Source: an uncultured Candidatus Binatia bacterium (GTDB taxonomy: Bacteria > Desulfobacterota > Binatia > Bin18). Taken from it: DNA of 64,000 nt. Shown here piece after piece: positions 20,535-29,672 of this stretch (positions are counted from its first letter, which is position 1; every line of letters starts with the position of its first letter). The stretch is taken from positions 1,728,001 through 1,792,000 of the forward strand of contig OZ241744.1 of assembly GCA_965200965.1 (NCBI GenBank), given 5' to 3'. A program made the translations under genes and the position numbers. The notes beneath the pieces were generated by a model. It saw only the letters and a list, made by a program, of their open reading frames with translations, was not told where the DNA came from and made no database searches.

Positions 20535-20578
20535 ACGCTTCCCTCCACCGCCCTGATTTGCCCCTCGGTCAGCCCGCA
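20531..20578 (-). pseudogene. relic 3' end of a Type IIG R-M gene, TGA overlapping FRG ATG
   Basis: encodes CGLTEGQIRAVEGSV* versus YGLTEEEVRAVEGSRA* of the intact gene ending at 22756. Confidence 0.7.
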
Positions 20579-20640
20579 GGGCGGGTTAGCCGGCGGGCGT
20601 AACCCGCCATGTCGGATTACGCTTCGCTAAGCCGACCTAC
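20576..20640. repeat. inverted REP doublet (REPIN/BIME-like)
   Basis: gcagggcgggttagccggcgggcgtaacccgcc-at-gtcggattacgcttcgctaagccgacctac; terminal CTA is the TAG stop of the TPR gene. Confidence 0.8.
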
Positions 20641-21836
20641 GCGCTTTCCAATTCATTGATTTTTGCTTCTGCATCCCGCACGAATTCATTCTTCCCCTGC
20701 TGTTGCGCCAATGTCAGCGCGTGTTTAAAATCCGTCAAGGCGTCCGCAGTGCGCCCGAGTGCCTGCTTGGCCTCGCCCCGGTTGCTGTATGCCTCAGCAA
20801 AGTCACGCTCTAGTTTGATGGCTCGATCATAGTCCACCAAGGCGGAGGCGTACTCCTTAAGCTCTACCTTGGCATTGCCCCGGTTGTAGTACATCTCAGC
20901 CAAATCAGGCTTTAGCTCGATGGCGCGGTCATGGTCCGCAAGTGCCGCTTCGGATTGCCCAAGCTTTGCCTTGACATTGCCCCGGTTGCCGTACGCCTCA
21001 GCATAATCAGGCTTTAGCTCGATGGCGCGGTCATAGTCCGCAACGGCCTCCGCATCGCGCCCGAGTGCCTGCTTGGTGTTGCCCCGGTTGCTGTACGCCT
21101 CAACAAAGCCAGACTTTAGCTCAATGGCGCGGTCATAGTCCGCCAAGGCTTCCGCGTTGCGCCCGAGTGCCTGCTTGGCAGTACCCCGGTTGTAGTACGC
21201 CTCAACAAAGTCAGGCTTTAGCTCAATGGCGCGATCATAGTCCGCAAGCGCCGCTTCAGGTTGCCCAAGCTCTGCCTTGGCGTTGCCCCGGTTGCTGTAC
21301 GCCTCAGCGTCATTAGGCTTTAGGGCGATAGCGCGGTCATAGTCGACAAGCGCCGCTTCATACTCCTTAAGATCGAAATTGGCGACGCCCCGGTTGCTGT
21401 ACGCCTCAGCAAAGCCAGGCTTGAGCTCAATGGCACGGTCATAGTCCGCCAAGGCGGAGGCGTACTCCTTAAGCTTTACCTTGGCATTGCCCCGGTTGTT
21501 GTACGCATTAGCATAATCAGGCTTGAGCTCAATGGCGCGGTCATAGTCCGCCAAGGCGGAGGCGTACTCCTTAAGCGCTGCCTTGGCATTGCCCCGGTTG
21601 TTGTACACCTCAGCGTCATCAGGCTTTAGCTCGATAGCGCGGTCATAGTCCGCAAGCGCCGCTTCATACTCCTTAAGATCGGAATTGGCGACGCCCCGGT
21701 TGCTGTACGCATCAGCAAAGTCAGGCTCTAGCCTGATAGCCTCACCGTAGTCAGCAATGGCTTTCTCGTATTTGCCCAGCGCGACTCTGAAATTGCCTCT
21801 TTGAAAATAATTGTCGCTTAGCGCTTTCTTATTCAT
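20637..21836 (-). CDS. 11-TPR protein (C-terminal half of a split FRG-TPR paralogue)
   Basis: 11 highly similar 102-bp TPR units; ATG at 21836 preceded by GGAGG (9-nt spacing), overlapping the FRG stop (ATGAATAA). Confidence 0.8.
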   Translation of the reverse strand: MNKKALSDNYFQRGNFRVALGKYEKAIADYGEAIRLEPDFADAYSNRGVANSDLKEYEAALADYDRAIELKPDDAEVYNNRGNAKAALKEYASALADYDRAIELKPDYANAYNNRGNAKVKLKEYASALADYDRAIELKPGFAEAYSNRGVANFDLKEYEAALVDYDRAIALKPNDAEAYSNRGNAKAELGQPEAALADYDRAIELKPDFVEAYYNRGTAKQALGRNAEALADYDRAIELKSGFVEAYSNRGNTKQALGRDAEAVADYDRAIELKPDYAEAYGNRGNVKAKLGQSEAALADHDRAIELKPDLAEMYYNRGNAKVELKEYASALVDYDRAIKLERDFAEAYSNRGEAKQALGRTADALTDFKHALTLAQQQGKNEFVRDAEAKINELESA

Positions 21837-22653
21837 TGCCCTGGTCCTCCGCTTTTCTGATCTCCTCGGTGTAGTAATGCTCTGCGAGTTCAGCGTTGTA
21901 GACGGATTCGGCCGTGTTTCTCTCAAGAAAACCCGCCCAGTCGGGAAACAACGTTTTCTCCGAAATGCTCACCCTGTCCAACTCTTGCAAGATCGTTTTC
22001 TTGTGCTCTCTGGAGACGATGATCTCCCGCTCAAGCATACCTTTTTTTATTTCGGGTGCTCCAAACAGGAAGACGGACTGCTGCACCGTGAGGCGTTGGC
22101 TATCCAGGGCAGGATTGCCGATGACAGGTTGCCACAGATGCCATTGTTCATCGATCTCAAAAAACGTCTTGAGTTCCTGCCCCAAAGCTCTTTTGGTCGT
22201 GACTTCTTGAATCGTGTTGGGCTGGACGTTGACCACAAAGACCTTGCCGGCTGTCTCCCCAGCGGTTTCGCAGGCAAACCAGAGGGCAACCAGGGGACTG
22301 TAGGTAAAGTCTATCAGCCCGGTCGCTACCCTGTGGTGTTGGAGATGGGCCATGCACTCCAGGGGCGTCATCGGCTCGCTGTAGGTGTTGGGGTAGCGGA
22401 GTTGTACTTCGTCAATAATCTGGTGGATGTAGCCTCTGAACAGGTATGATATCGTCATCCCTTCATAGTTACGACTATAATCACGGCCGTATCCAGATTG
22501 TTCCAGGCGACGCAGGGCGCTGCTCTTGACCCCCCAGCTTTCATCCTTTTGTCCGCGGTAAATGTAGCGGCGCTCTTCGTCAGAGGCGGGAAGCCCGTTT
22601 ATGACTTCGATGTATTCCGCCAAGCTGGTTATGGATTTTTGATCGTCGCTCAT
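21829..22653 (-). CDS. FRG-domain protein (N-terminal half of split paralogue)
   Basis: Near-identical to the N-terminus of 19077..20534 (MSDDQKSITSLA, YIYRGQKDESW, IDFTYSPLVALWFAC). Confidence 0.85.
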   Translation of the reverse strand: MSDDQKSITSLAEYIEVINGLPASDEERRYIYRGQKDESWGVKSSALRRLEQSGYGRDYSRNYEGMTISYLFRGYIHQIIDEVQLRYPNTYSEPMTPLECMAHLQHHRVATGLIDFTYSPLVALWFACETAGETAGKVFVVNVQPNTIQEVTTKRALGQELKTFFEIDEQWHLWQPVIGNPALDSQRLTVQQSVFLFGAPEIKKGMLEREIIVSREHKKTILQELDRVSISEKTLFPDWAGFLERNTAESVYNAELAEHYYTEEIRKAEDQGNE

Positions 22654-22697
22654 CGGCTTCTCTCCATCGTCCTGATTTGCTCCTTGATCAGCCCGTA
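22650..22697 (-). pseudogene. second relic 3' end of a Type IIG R-M gene, TGA overlapping FRG ATG
   Basis: encodes YGLIKEQIRTMERSR*. Confidence 0.6.
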
Positions 22698-22759
22698 GGG
22701 CGGGTTAGCCGTCAGGCGTAACCCGCCATGTCGGATTACGCTTCGCTAATCCGACCTAC
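22695..22759. repeat. inverted REP doublet (REPIN/BIME-like)
   Basis: GTAGGGCGGGTTAGC-CGTCAG-GCGTAACCCGCC-AT-GTCGGATTACGC-TTC-GCTAATCCGAC-CTAC; supplies the TAG stop of the IIG gene. Confidence 0.82.
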
Positions 22760-25700
22760 GCCCGACTGCCCTCCACCGCCCGCACTTCCTCCTCCGTCAA
22801 CCCATACAGCCCATACACCAGCCGGTCAATCTCGGCTTCCTGCTCGGCGGTGTCTGCCGAGGGGTCGGCGGCTTTGGCCTTGAGGATGCGGTCAAGCAGC
22901 CGGATGGACGGGCGCTGCTTGGCGGCTGATATCTCAGGGACGGGCAGGCGCTCTACGGCAAACCTTTTCCATCGAGTGACACCCATTCCAGAAGTCAGGC
23001 CCGTACTTTTCATAAACCACGTCATCAGATTAGAATTGAGGACAGCGCACAGATATTTGATTGCTCGCCCGGACATCATAAATGCGGTATCAGCGCAGAA
23101 CATTTCGCTCGCATCATAAGCGAATCGCCCTTGCTCAGTCAGGTCCATCCAGAACAGCTTTTCTTTGGTAAACTCCTTGTAAGCTCCCGAACTGTAATAA
23201 TCTACTTGCAGTTGCCACCATTGATAAGGCACCTGCCCCGTCTTTGGATTAGCTCCGCCCCGCCGCTTCAAAAGCTGCTTCTTGTGCGGTAACAGATGTT
23301 TTCGCACTGCGGGATATTCATTTTCTGCGATGTTGGAATGGCTGTATATCAGCCACACCCCCGCCCACTCTGCCCGATACCGCCGAATGTCCCGGCCCCG
23401 CAGCACCGGCTTGATGATGTCCGCGGAAGCCGGGTCTTCGTCAATCAACGCCTGCCTGGTGGTGTCGTCTATAATGAAGGCCGTGTTGTAGCCGGTCTTG
23501 ATGCCATAGTTGATCTTCACATCCCAGTCTTTCAGCGGCGTCCCTTTCGCCTCCATCTTATCCATGACGGACCATTCCAGGGCCGACAACGCACCCCACG
23601 GCTTTTCGCCTTGCGGGCGCAACACCCCCCACAGGCTTTCGGCCGGCGGAAAATCCTTGTCGGGCAAGCGGTCCATGTCTACCGCTCTGCCGGCTTCTCC
23701 GCTTTTGCCCTGCCGCGCAATCAGAACGCTGGTATCAACAATAGCGTTTTCAAAAACGTCTTTGCCCATTTCCAGCAGGCGCAGCGGTGTGTGTTGCTCG
23801 GAGAACCAGCGCCGCAGGGGCTTGCCGTATTCGGCCTTCAGCCAACTGTTTGAGGTGATGTAGGACAAGAGGCCGCGTTGCGGTGTCAGCAGTTGGCCGC
23901 CTCTCTCATAGAAAAGCTGATAGATGTCGCCGCTGCGGGCGAAGGTGGCAAAGCCGGCGTCTTTATAGAGTTTGCCCAGCTCGCCGGCGTTCTTCTGTAA
24001 CTGAACATACGGCGGATTGCCGATCACCACATCAAAGCCCTCAGCCACACCGAACATATACTCAGCGTCAAACCAGCCGGCGCGGGCGTTCTGGTCGTAG
24101 GGGTCCCACTGCGCGATCTTGTCGGCGTCATCCGCGGGAAACCCAAGGCTTTCCAATGCCTGCGCCAACGACTTCCGTAACTGCTTGTCTTTTCTCTTGT
24201 ACTCCAGCTTTTTCCGGCGCGTGGTGGCGTGAAAATGCCGCTCGCGGTTGTCCAGTAACTGACGCTCCACCTGCTGCGCTTTTGCGCTCGTCAGCATCCG
24301 CTCGCCCTTGAGACCCAGAAGCGTATCCGCAGCAATAAAGCGCGTTTCCAGGTTGGGCAGCGGCTTGAGGCCGAAATTGTCCGCGGCGGGGTCGGGCTCC
24401 TGCTCAATGGCCAGCGAGATGAAAAAACGCAGCTTGGCGATCTGGCAGGCGACCGGCTGAATGTCTACACCGAAGATGCTGTTCTGAATCAGGTACAGCT
24501 TGCGGCCAAAGTCGGAATCGCGGTAGCGTTCAAAAGTCTGGCTGATCTCGGTCAACTCGGCCTCGCGGTCGCCCTGGTCCCGGGTATCAAAGGCGGCTTG
24601 GGCCCGGTCCCGGGCGATCGCTTTTTGCAGCCCCTCCCAACGGGTGTTGTCAGGGTCAAGCCGGCGCAAGGCCAGGGTAAGCTTGTGCAGCACGCCCATT
24701 GGAAACGCCCCGGAGCCAACCGCGGGGTCCAGCACCTTGAGCCCGGCTATGGCCCGGACAACCGCGTCGGTCTCAGCCGCGTCAAACAACGCGCTGGCGT
24801 CGCTGAAGGCATCGGCATAGTCCAGCAGATAACGAAGGCGTTCCTGCCAGAACACGCGGTCGTTGTCGCTCGGCTGGCAGCGTTCGGCCAGGGCGGCGAC
24901 AAGGGCCTCATCAACCATGTAGTCCACCACCGGCCGCGGGGTGTAGTAAGAGCCGGTCTGCTTGCGGGCCGTGTCGCGGGTTTCGGGGTTGTAGGCGGCC
25001 AGCAGGTTTTCAAACACCTTGCCGAGCAGCTCAGGGTCAAGGGCGACTTCCTGCTCTATGGGCGTGTTCTCCTCAACCGTGAACTTGTAACTGTTGAACA
25101 GCGGAATAAGGCCGTGGTCATCAAAGAACAGCCGGTTGGGGATGGAATAGTCCCGCCGGTGGCGGGGGTTGTCGGTAAAACAGTCAATCCGCCAGCCCTG
25201 CTCCGAGGTGGCTTCTTCGCTGTCGAGGCAGTCAAACAGCCCGCCGTTGATGAACGGCGTCCGGCTGAACAGGGCCAGCAGTGCGTCGGGGTTGCGGAGT
25301 TCGGAGCGGTAGCGGTACAGCGAAAAATTGCGGTGGGTGGTACGCTTCCCGCTGCTGAAGCCGCGCTTGGTCCTCTCGGTGTTCAGGGTGGCGAAAAACA
25401 GGTTCTGGAGCACCGCCCGGTACCAGGAATCGCCGGTGTCCCGGTCGTAGTCGCGGAGCAGGGCCGCGACCTCGCTTTCGTTGAACAGCTCGTCCGCTAC
25501 CAGGCCCTTTTCCTTGATGAACCAGACAAACAACAGCCGGGTAATGAGACGGATGATGTGTTCTTCGGGCGACAGGGTTCTGGCCGGCGAGGTGTCACCA
25601 GATCGTCCTTTGGGAAACCGGGCCTCTGTGACGCCACGGCTGAACCAGTCGAACAACTGCCGGTAGAAGCGGCGGTTCAGTTCCCGCGTGTCCAGGGTGT

Positions 25701-26364
25701 CGAGCCAGGCGTTGAGCAGCCCGTCAAAATTGTGGGGGATATGGTGGCTGGTCATCCAGTCCAGCAGATTCTCCAGCGACAACCCGGCCAGGATGTCGAG
25801 GTGGGCACGGTGCGGGTCGGTGGGGTTGATTTCACGGATCAGCGACACGCGGCCCAGCACATCACGGCTGTGGTCGAGCGTGTTGCGTCGGCGATGGACA
25901 AAGGCCAGGCTGAGCCGGTCGTCAGAGCTGCGGAACAGGACCACCACAGGTGCGGGGAAACGCTTGTTGATCTCGCGGGTGAAAGCGGCGTAGCGGCTCC
26001 GGGGGTAGCTGGCCTGTTTCAAGGCAACGGCAAAGAACAGAAAGCTCTGCTGCCGGCCCTGCTCAAAGGCCGCCAGCCCGGAATCCAGCCGCGGGGGCTG
26101 GCTGGCGGCGATCTCATCGCTTGTCACCTGAAACAGCAGCCGGACCGAGGCGGCGTTCTCACACAAGGCCCGCTCTGAGTCTGTGCCCGGCCGCTCAGCC
26201 GGAAAAGCCCGCAGGAAGTCGTCAACAGCCCCGGTCTGCTCGCTCAGGCGGCGGTCACTGCGGTAGCCGAGGGCGGCCAGCAGCTCGGTGGCCGCGGCGG
26301 CAAAGTCCGGCCCGGCAGCGTTCTTCAAGGCGGTCTGGATGGCGCGGAGGGTGCTCAAGGGCAT
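22756..26364 (-). CDS. Type IIG / Eco57I-like N6-adenine R-M enzyme with TaqI-C-like specificity domain
   Basis: PFINGGLF, ELLGKVFENLL, GSYYTP, LDPAVGSGAF, VIGNPPY, GIKTG, EIDRLVYGLYGLT; start MPLSTL after RBS. Confidence 0.92.
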   Translation of the reverse strand: MPLSTLRAIQTALKNAAGPDFAAAATELLAALGYRSDRRLSEQTGAVDDFLRAFPAERPGTDSERALCENAASVRLLFQVTSDEIAASQPPRLDSGLAAFEQGRQQSFLFFAVALKQASYPRSRYAAFTREINKRFPAPVVVLFRSSDDRLSLAFVHRRRNTLDHSRDVLGRVSLIREINPTDPHRAHLDILAGLSLENLLDWMTSHHIPHNFDGLLNAWLDTLDTRELNRRFYRQLFDWFSRGVTEARFPKGRSGDTSPARTLSPEEHIIRLITRLLFVWFIKEKGLVADELFNESEVAALLRDYDRDTGDSWYRAVLQNLFFATLNTERTKRGFSSGKRTTHRNFSLYRYRSELRNPDALLALFSRTPFINGGLFDCLDSEEATSEQGWRIDCFTDNPRHRRDYSIPNRLFFDDHGLIPLFNSYKFTVEENTPIEQEVALDPELLGKVFENLLAAYNPETRDTARKQTGSYYTPRPVVDYMVDEALVAALAERCQPSDNDRVFWQERLRYLLDYADAFSDASALFDAAETDAVVRAIAGLKVLDPAVGSGAFPMGVLHKLTLALRRLDPDNTRWEGLQKAIARDRAQAAFDTRDQGDREAELTEISQTFERYRDSDFGRKLYLIQNSIFGVDIQPVACQIAKLRFFISLAIEQEPDPAADNFGLKPLPNLETRFIAADTLLGLKGERMLTSAKAQQVERQLLDNRERHFHATTRRKKLEYKRKDKQLRKSLAQALESLGFPADDADKIAQWDPYDQNARAGWFDAEYMFGVAEGFDVVIGNPPYVQLQKNAGELGKLYKDAGFATFARSGDIYQLFYERGGQLLTPQRGLLSYITSNSWLKAEYGKPLRRWFSEQHTPLRLLEMGKDVFENAIVDTSVLIARQGKSGEAGRAVDMDRLPDKDFPPAESLWGVLRPQGEKPWGALSALEWSVMDKMEAKGTPLKDWDVKINYGIKTGYNTAFIIDDTTRQALIDEDPASADIIKPVLRGRDIRRYRAEWAGVWLIYSHSNIAENEYPAVRKHLLPHKKQLLKRRGGANPKTGQVPYQWWQLQVDYYSSGAYKEFTKEKLFWMDLTEQGRFAYDASEMFCADTAFMMSGRAIKYLCAVLNSNLMTWFMKSTGLTSGMGVTRWKRFAVERLPVPEISAAKQRPSIRLLDRILKAKAADPSADTAEQEAEIDRLVYGLYGLTEEEVRAVEGSRA

Positions 26365-26392
26365 GGAGTTCCTGTCCTGCGTGCGGGCCAAG

Positions 26393-29300
26393 TCAGGCGG
26401 CACGGATGACGAGCCAGCTGACAAGTTCAAAGTCATCGTCGGGCGTGCCGGCACTGGAAGCCACCGGCAGCTTGAAATCGCGGTTGCTGCGCAGCTGGGC
26501 GACCTGGGTGGCGTGGTTCGCCTCGTCGATGTGGGCAAGCACCGCCTGCACCAGCCGGTCGTACCGGGCCATGTTCCGGCCGTGGCGGGTTTCGCGGTCA
26601 AACTGGTCGCACAGCCGTTGCAGCGGCTTGGTCCTGCCCTCTGCCGCGGCCTCAAATACGTCGAGCGCCTGCCGGGCGTTGGTGCAGCCGTGGCGGATGT
26701 CGCCGGTCTCGTGGATGTAGACCGCATAAAAGGGATGGATCGGGCTGGCCGCTTTTTCGCGCCTGTCCGTGCCGGCCCCACGCTGGCGCAGAAAAAATAT
26801 CGCGCCGGGTTGGGCCGGGCCGTCCGTGACCGCGTACACCCCGGCCGGCGTGGCTTCGAGTTCGGCCCGGTTTTTTTCGAGATAGCGCAGGAGCTGGGCA
26901 AAGAAATAATCCAGGGTGAAATCGCTCATCACCACGCCGTCGTCCAGCTCGTCGAGGTCCAGCACCTCTTCCTGCAACTGGCGGAGCTGCCGGTCACGGA
27001 AGTTCAACTCCATCTGGGCCTGCGCAAAGGTGAAGGTGTTCAGCGGGTCGTCATCACCGCTGGCCGCGGCGTCGGCCAGCGCCATGCGTGCCTCAACCCG
27101 GCTTTGCAGGCGGAGATAGACATCCATGTCTTTGGTCGGCCAGTAGTTAATCATCCGCACCCTTGTGTTGCGGCTGCCGATGCGCTCAATCCGCCCAAAG
27201 CGCTGGATGAGGCGGACCGGATTCCAGTGAATGTCATAGTTCAGCACGGTGTCGCAGTCCTGGAGGTTCTGCCCCTCTGAAATGCAGTCGGTGGCGATCA
27301 GCAGGTCAATGTCGCCCTCAACCCCCGCGGCCCGGCCCCGCGCCCGGGGGGCAAAGTTGCTCAGGATAGCGTTGAAATTGTTGTCGCCGTAACTGGTATG
27401 GGTCACATCGCCCGACACCATCGCCATGTGCAGCCCCAGTTCATCGGCCAGCCCGCGCAACTCCCGGTAGAGATATTCGGCCGTGTCCCTGAAGGTAGTG
27501 AACACCAGCAGCTTGCGGTTTGGCCGGCCGTCGCGGTCGGTCGGCGGGCAGGCCACCTTGTGGCGCAGCTCGCTCCGCATCTCGTTGAGCTTGCCGTCCC
27601 GCTCCGGCGTGATGGTCTTCAACTCGTCCAGGACCGCGCTCAGGGTGTGCCGGTCGCGGCGGACATCGGCCTGCCAGCGGGGCAGGTCCAGCTCCCGCAG
27701 GTGATACGGGCGGCGCGCCCGATTGACCAGGAACTCCTCATCGTCTTCGTCAGGCTCGGGCAGGATATCGCCCGGCATCTCCGCGCCGCGGTGTTCGTGG
27801 CCATGCTGCTCGTAGTCGGCGATCCTGGCCAGCAAGCTGTCCATTTTGTCAATGGTGCGGCCCAGGGTTTCCGCCAGAGCATAGGCCGAACTCTCCAGCC
27901 GCTTCAGAAAGTTCGTCCGCATCATGCCGAGCAGGAAGCGCTCGCGGTCTTCCTGATTGAAGTTTCTCTCCCGCTTTTCCCGGACCAGGACCTGCTTTGC
28001 CTTCTGGCTCACCAGGTACTCGGAGGGCCTGTAGATGGACAGGGCGAATTGGCCGATCTGCTCGGACAGGGCTGTGTACGACAGCGCCCCGTCCAGGTCG
28101 GTCGGCGGGTAGCGGTTGTCCGGCTGCCGGGTTGTGGGAAACTCGCCGATGGTCTGCATTTCTTCGGCGTAGAAGGTCTTGATCTGCCGCCGCGAGCGGG
28201 CGATGGACACGCCGCCGAGCAACTGGAAAAAATCGGCCCCGAGTTTTTCCAGCAGGTGCGCCTTATCTTTTGGCCCGGCCTTGTCCTGCCAGTCGCTGAA
28301 CGCCTTCTGGGCCCGGCCCAGCACCGTGCCGATATGGCTGATGCCCAGACTGTCGCGGAACACATCCTCGCGCTTTTCGGTCATAAGATAGATCTGGTTG
28401 CGCAGGTCAAGAAGCGAGGTGTTGACCGGGGTGGCCGACAGCATCAGCACCCTGGTTTGCGCCCCGTGCCGGATGACTTCTTCCAGCAGCCGTGCGTAGC
28501 GGCTGCGGCCCACCCGCCCGCTGGCGTCGGGCCGGGGCCTGGTGTCGTTGCGGAAGTTGTGCGACTCGTCAATCACCACCAGATCAAAATTGCTCCAGTT
28601 GAAGCGTGCCAGGTCAATATCCCCGGCCCTGCCGGTGTCGCGGGACAGGTCGGTGTGCGACAGCAGGCTGTAGCCGAAACGGTCGGCGAGAAAGGGGTTG
28701 TCGGTCTGGGCGTGGACAGCCGGATACAAGGCCCAGTTGTCACGCAGTTTTTTTGGGCATAGCACCAGCACCCGTTCGTTGCGCAGTTCAAAGAACTTGA
28801 TGACCGCCAGCGCGGTATAGGTCTTCCCCAAGCCCACGCTGTCGGCCAGGATGCAGCCCTTGTGGCGCAGCAGACGGGCGATGACGCTCTTGGCCCCGTC
28901 TTTCTGGAAGCCGTACAGCGCCTTCCAGATGGCGGTGTCGTACAGGTGGGTGTCGGACAGGTCGCGCTCGCCGGCCTGTCTGGCTTCCAGCTCGTCGCCG
29001 AACAGCTCAAACAGGGTCTTGTAGTAGACGAGTTCCGGCGCGTGGTCCTTGCCGAGGCGGGCCAGCGCGTCCAGTACCTCGTGTTTCACGTCGCTGGTCA
29101 GCGCGGTATCGGCCCAGATAGCGTCAAACCAGTGCCGCAGGTCGGCGCGTATCTCTTCGGAGGCGCTTGCCAGGTTGATTTCCATGTTGGTGCCGGGGCC
29201 GCAGCCCAGCCCCCTCCGGGTGAAATTCGAGCTGCCCACCACCGCCACACCCCCGGCGGCCCCAGACTCGGCGAGATACATCTTGCCGTGCAGAAAACTG

Positions 29301-29647
29301 GACTGACTGATGGAGCGGATTTTGACCCGCCCGCTCTGGACCCAGGCGGTGCAGTCCCGGGCGAGGTGTGTCTGCCGCAAGGTGTGGCTGGGCGACAACC
29401 GGCCTTCGGTCAGGCAGAAGGCTTTGGGGTCTTTTGGCCCGGGGTCCACTTCGCCGACCGAGGCCGGGTCGCCGAACAGAAACCGCACATCTTTGATGCC
29501 GCTCAGTTCGTGCTGGAGTGCCTCATAGCCGTAAATGCTGAAATAGGCCGAAACCAGGCGAAAGACTGTGGCGTCCGCCAGACCCTGGCGCAGGTAGTCA
29601 ACGACCGGGCGGGAGTGGTTGTCCAGAATGTGTTCGTATCTCTGCAT
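26393..29647 (-). CDS. PLD-nuclease + SNF2-family helicase
   Basis: HGKMY...GSSNFT (PLD), ADSVGLGKT, DESHNFRN, LSATP, SEGQNLQD, WNPVRLIQRFGRIER. Confidence 0.92.
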   Translation of the reverse strand: MQRYEHILDNHSRPVVDYLRQGLADATVFRLVSAYFSIYGYEALQHELSGIKDVRFLFGDPASVGEVDPGPKDPKAFCLTEGRLSPSHTLRQTHLARDCTAWVQSGRVKIRSISQSSFLHGKMYLAESGAAGGVAVVGSSNFTRRGLGCGPGTNMEINLASASEEIRADLRHWFDAIWADTALTSDVKHEVLDALARLGKDHAPELVYYKTLFELFGDELEARQAGERDLSDTHLYDTAIWKALYGFQKDGAKSVIARLLRHKGCILADSVGLGKTYTALAVIKFFELRNERVLVLCPKKLRDNWALYPAVHAQTDNPFLADRFGYSLLSHTDLSRDTGRAGDIDLARFNWSNFDLVVIDESHNFRNDTRPRPDASGRVGRSRYARLLEEVIRHGAQTRVLMLSATPVNTSLLDLRNQIYLMTEKREDVFRDSLGISHIGTVLGRAQKAFSDWQDKAGPKDKAHLLEKLGADFFQLLGGVSIARSRRQIKTFYAEEMQTIGEFPTTRQPDNRYPPTDLDGALSYTALSEQIGQFALSIYRPSEYLVSQKAKQVLVREKRERNFNQEDRERFLLGMMRTNFLKRLESSAYALAETLGRTIDKMDSLLARIADYEQHGHEHRGAEMPGDILPEPDEDDEEFLVNRARRPYHLRELDLPRWQADVRRDRHTLSAVLDELKTITPERDGKLNEMRSELRHKVACPPTDRDGRPNRKLLVFTTFRDTAEYLYRELRGLADELGLHMAMVSGDVTHTSYGDNNFNAILSNFAPRARGRAAGVEGDIDLLIATDCISEGQNLQDCDTVLNYDIHWNPVRLIQRFGRIERIGSRNTRVRMINYWPTKDMDVYLRLQSRVEARMALADAAASGDDDPLNTFTFAQAQMELNFRDRQLRQLQEEVLDLDELDDGVVMSDFTLDYFFAQLLRYLEKNRAELEATPAGVYAVTDGPAQPGAIFFLRQRGAGTDRREKAASPIHPFYAVYIHETGDIRHGCTNARQALDVFEAAAEGRTKPLQRLCDQFDRETRHGRNMARYDRLVQAVLAHIDEANHATQVAQLRSNRDFKLPVASSAGTPDDDFELVSWLVIRAA

Positions 29648-29672
29648 TGAGGCGTCTCTCGCCTGGACCTGC

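Noticed and set aside
20637-21836. Diversity-generating retroelement acting on the TPR repeats
   Set aside because: No reverse transcriptase and no template/variable repeat pair with adenine-specific differences seen.
16155-22759. Classical integron with attC sites
   Set aside because: No integron integrase, and the palindromes lack RYYYAAC/GTTRRRY cores; they have GTAG REP ends instead.
26365-26901. N-terminal extension of the IIG ORF
   Set aside because: Overlaps the helicase 3' end; the RBS and the matching relic at 19060 support a start at 26364.
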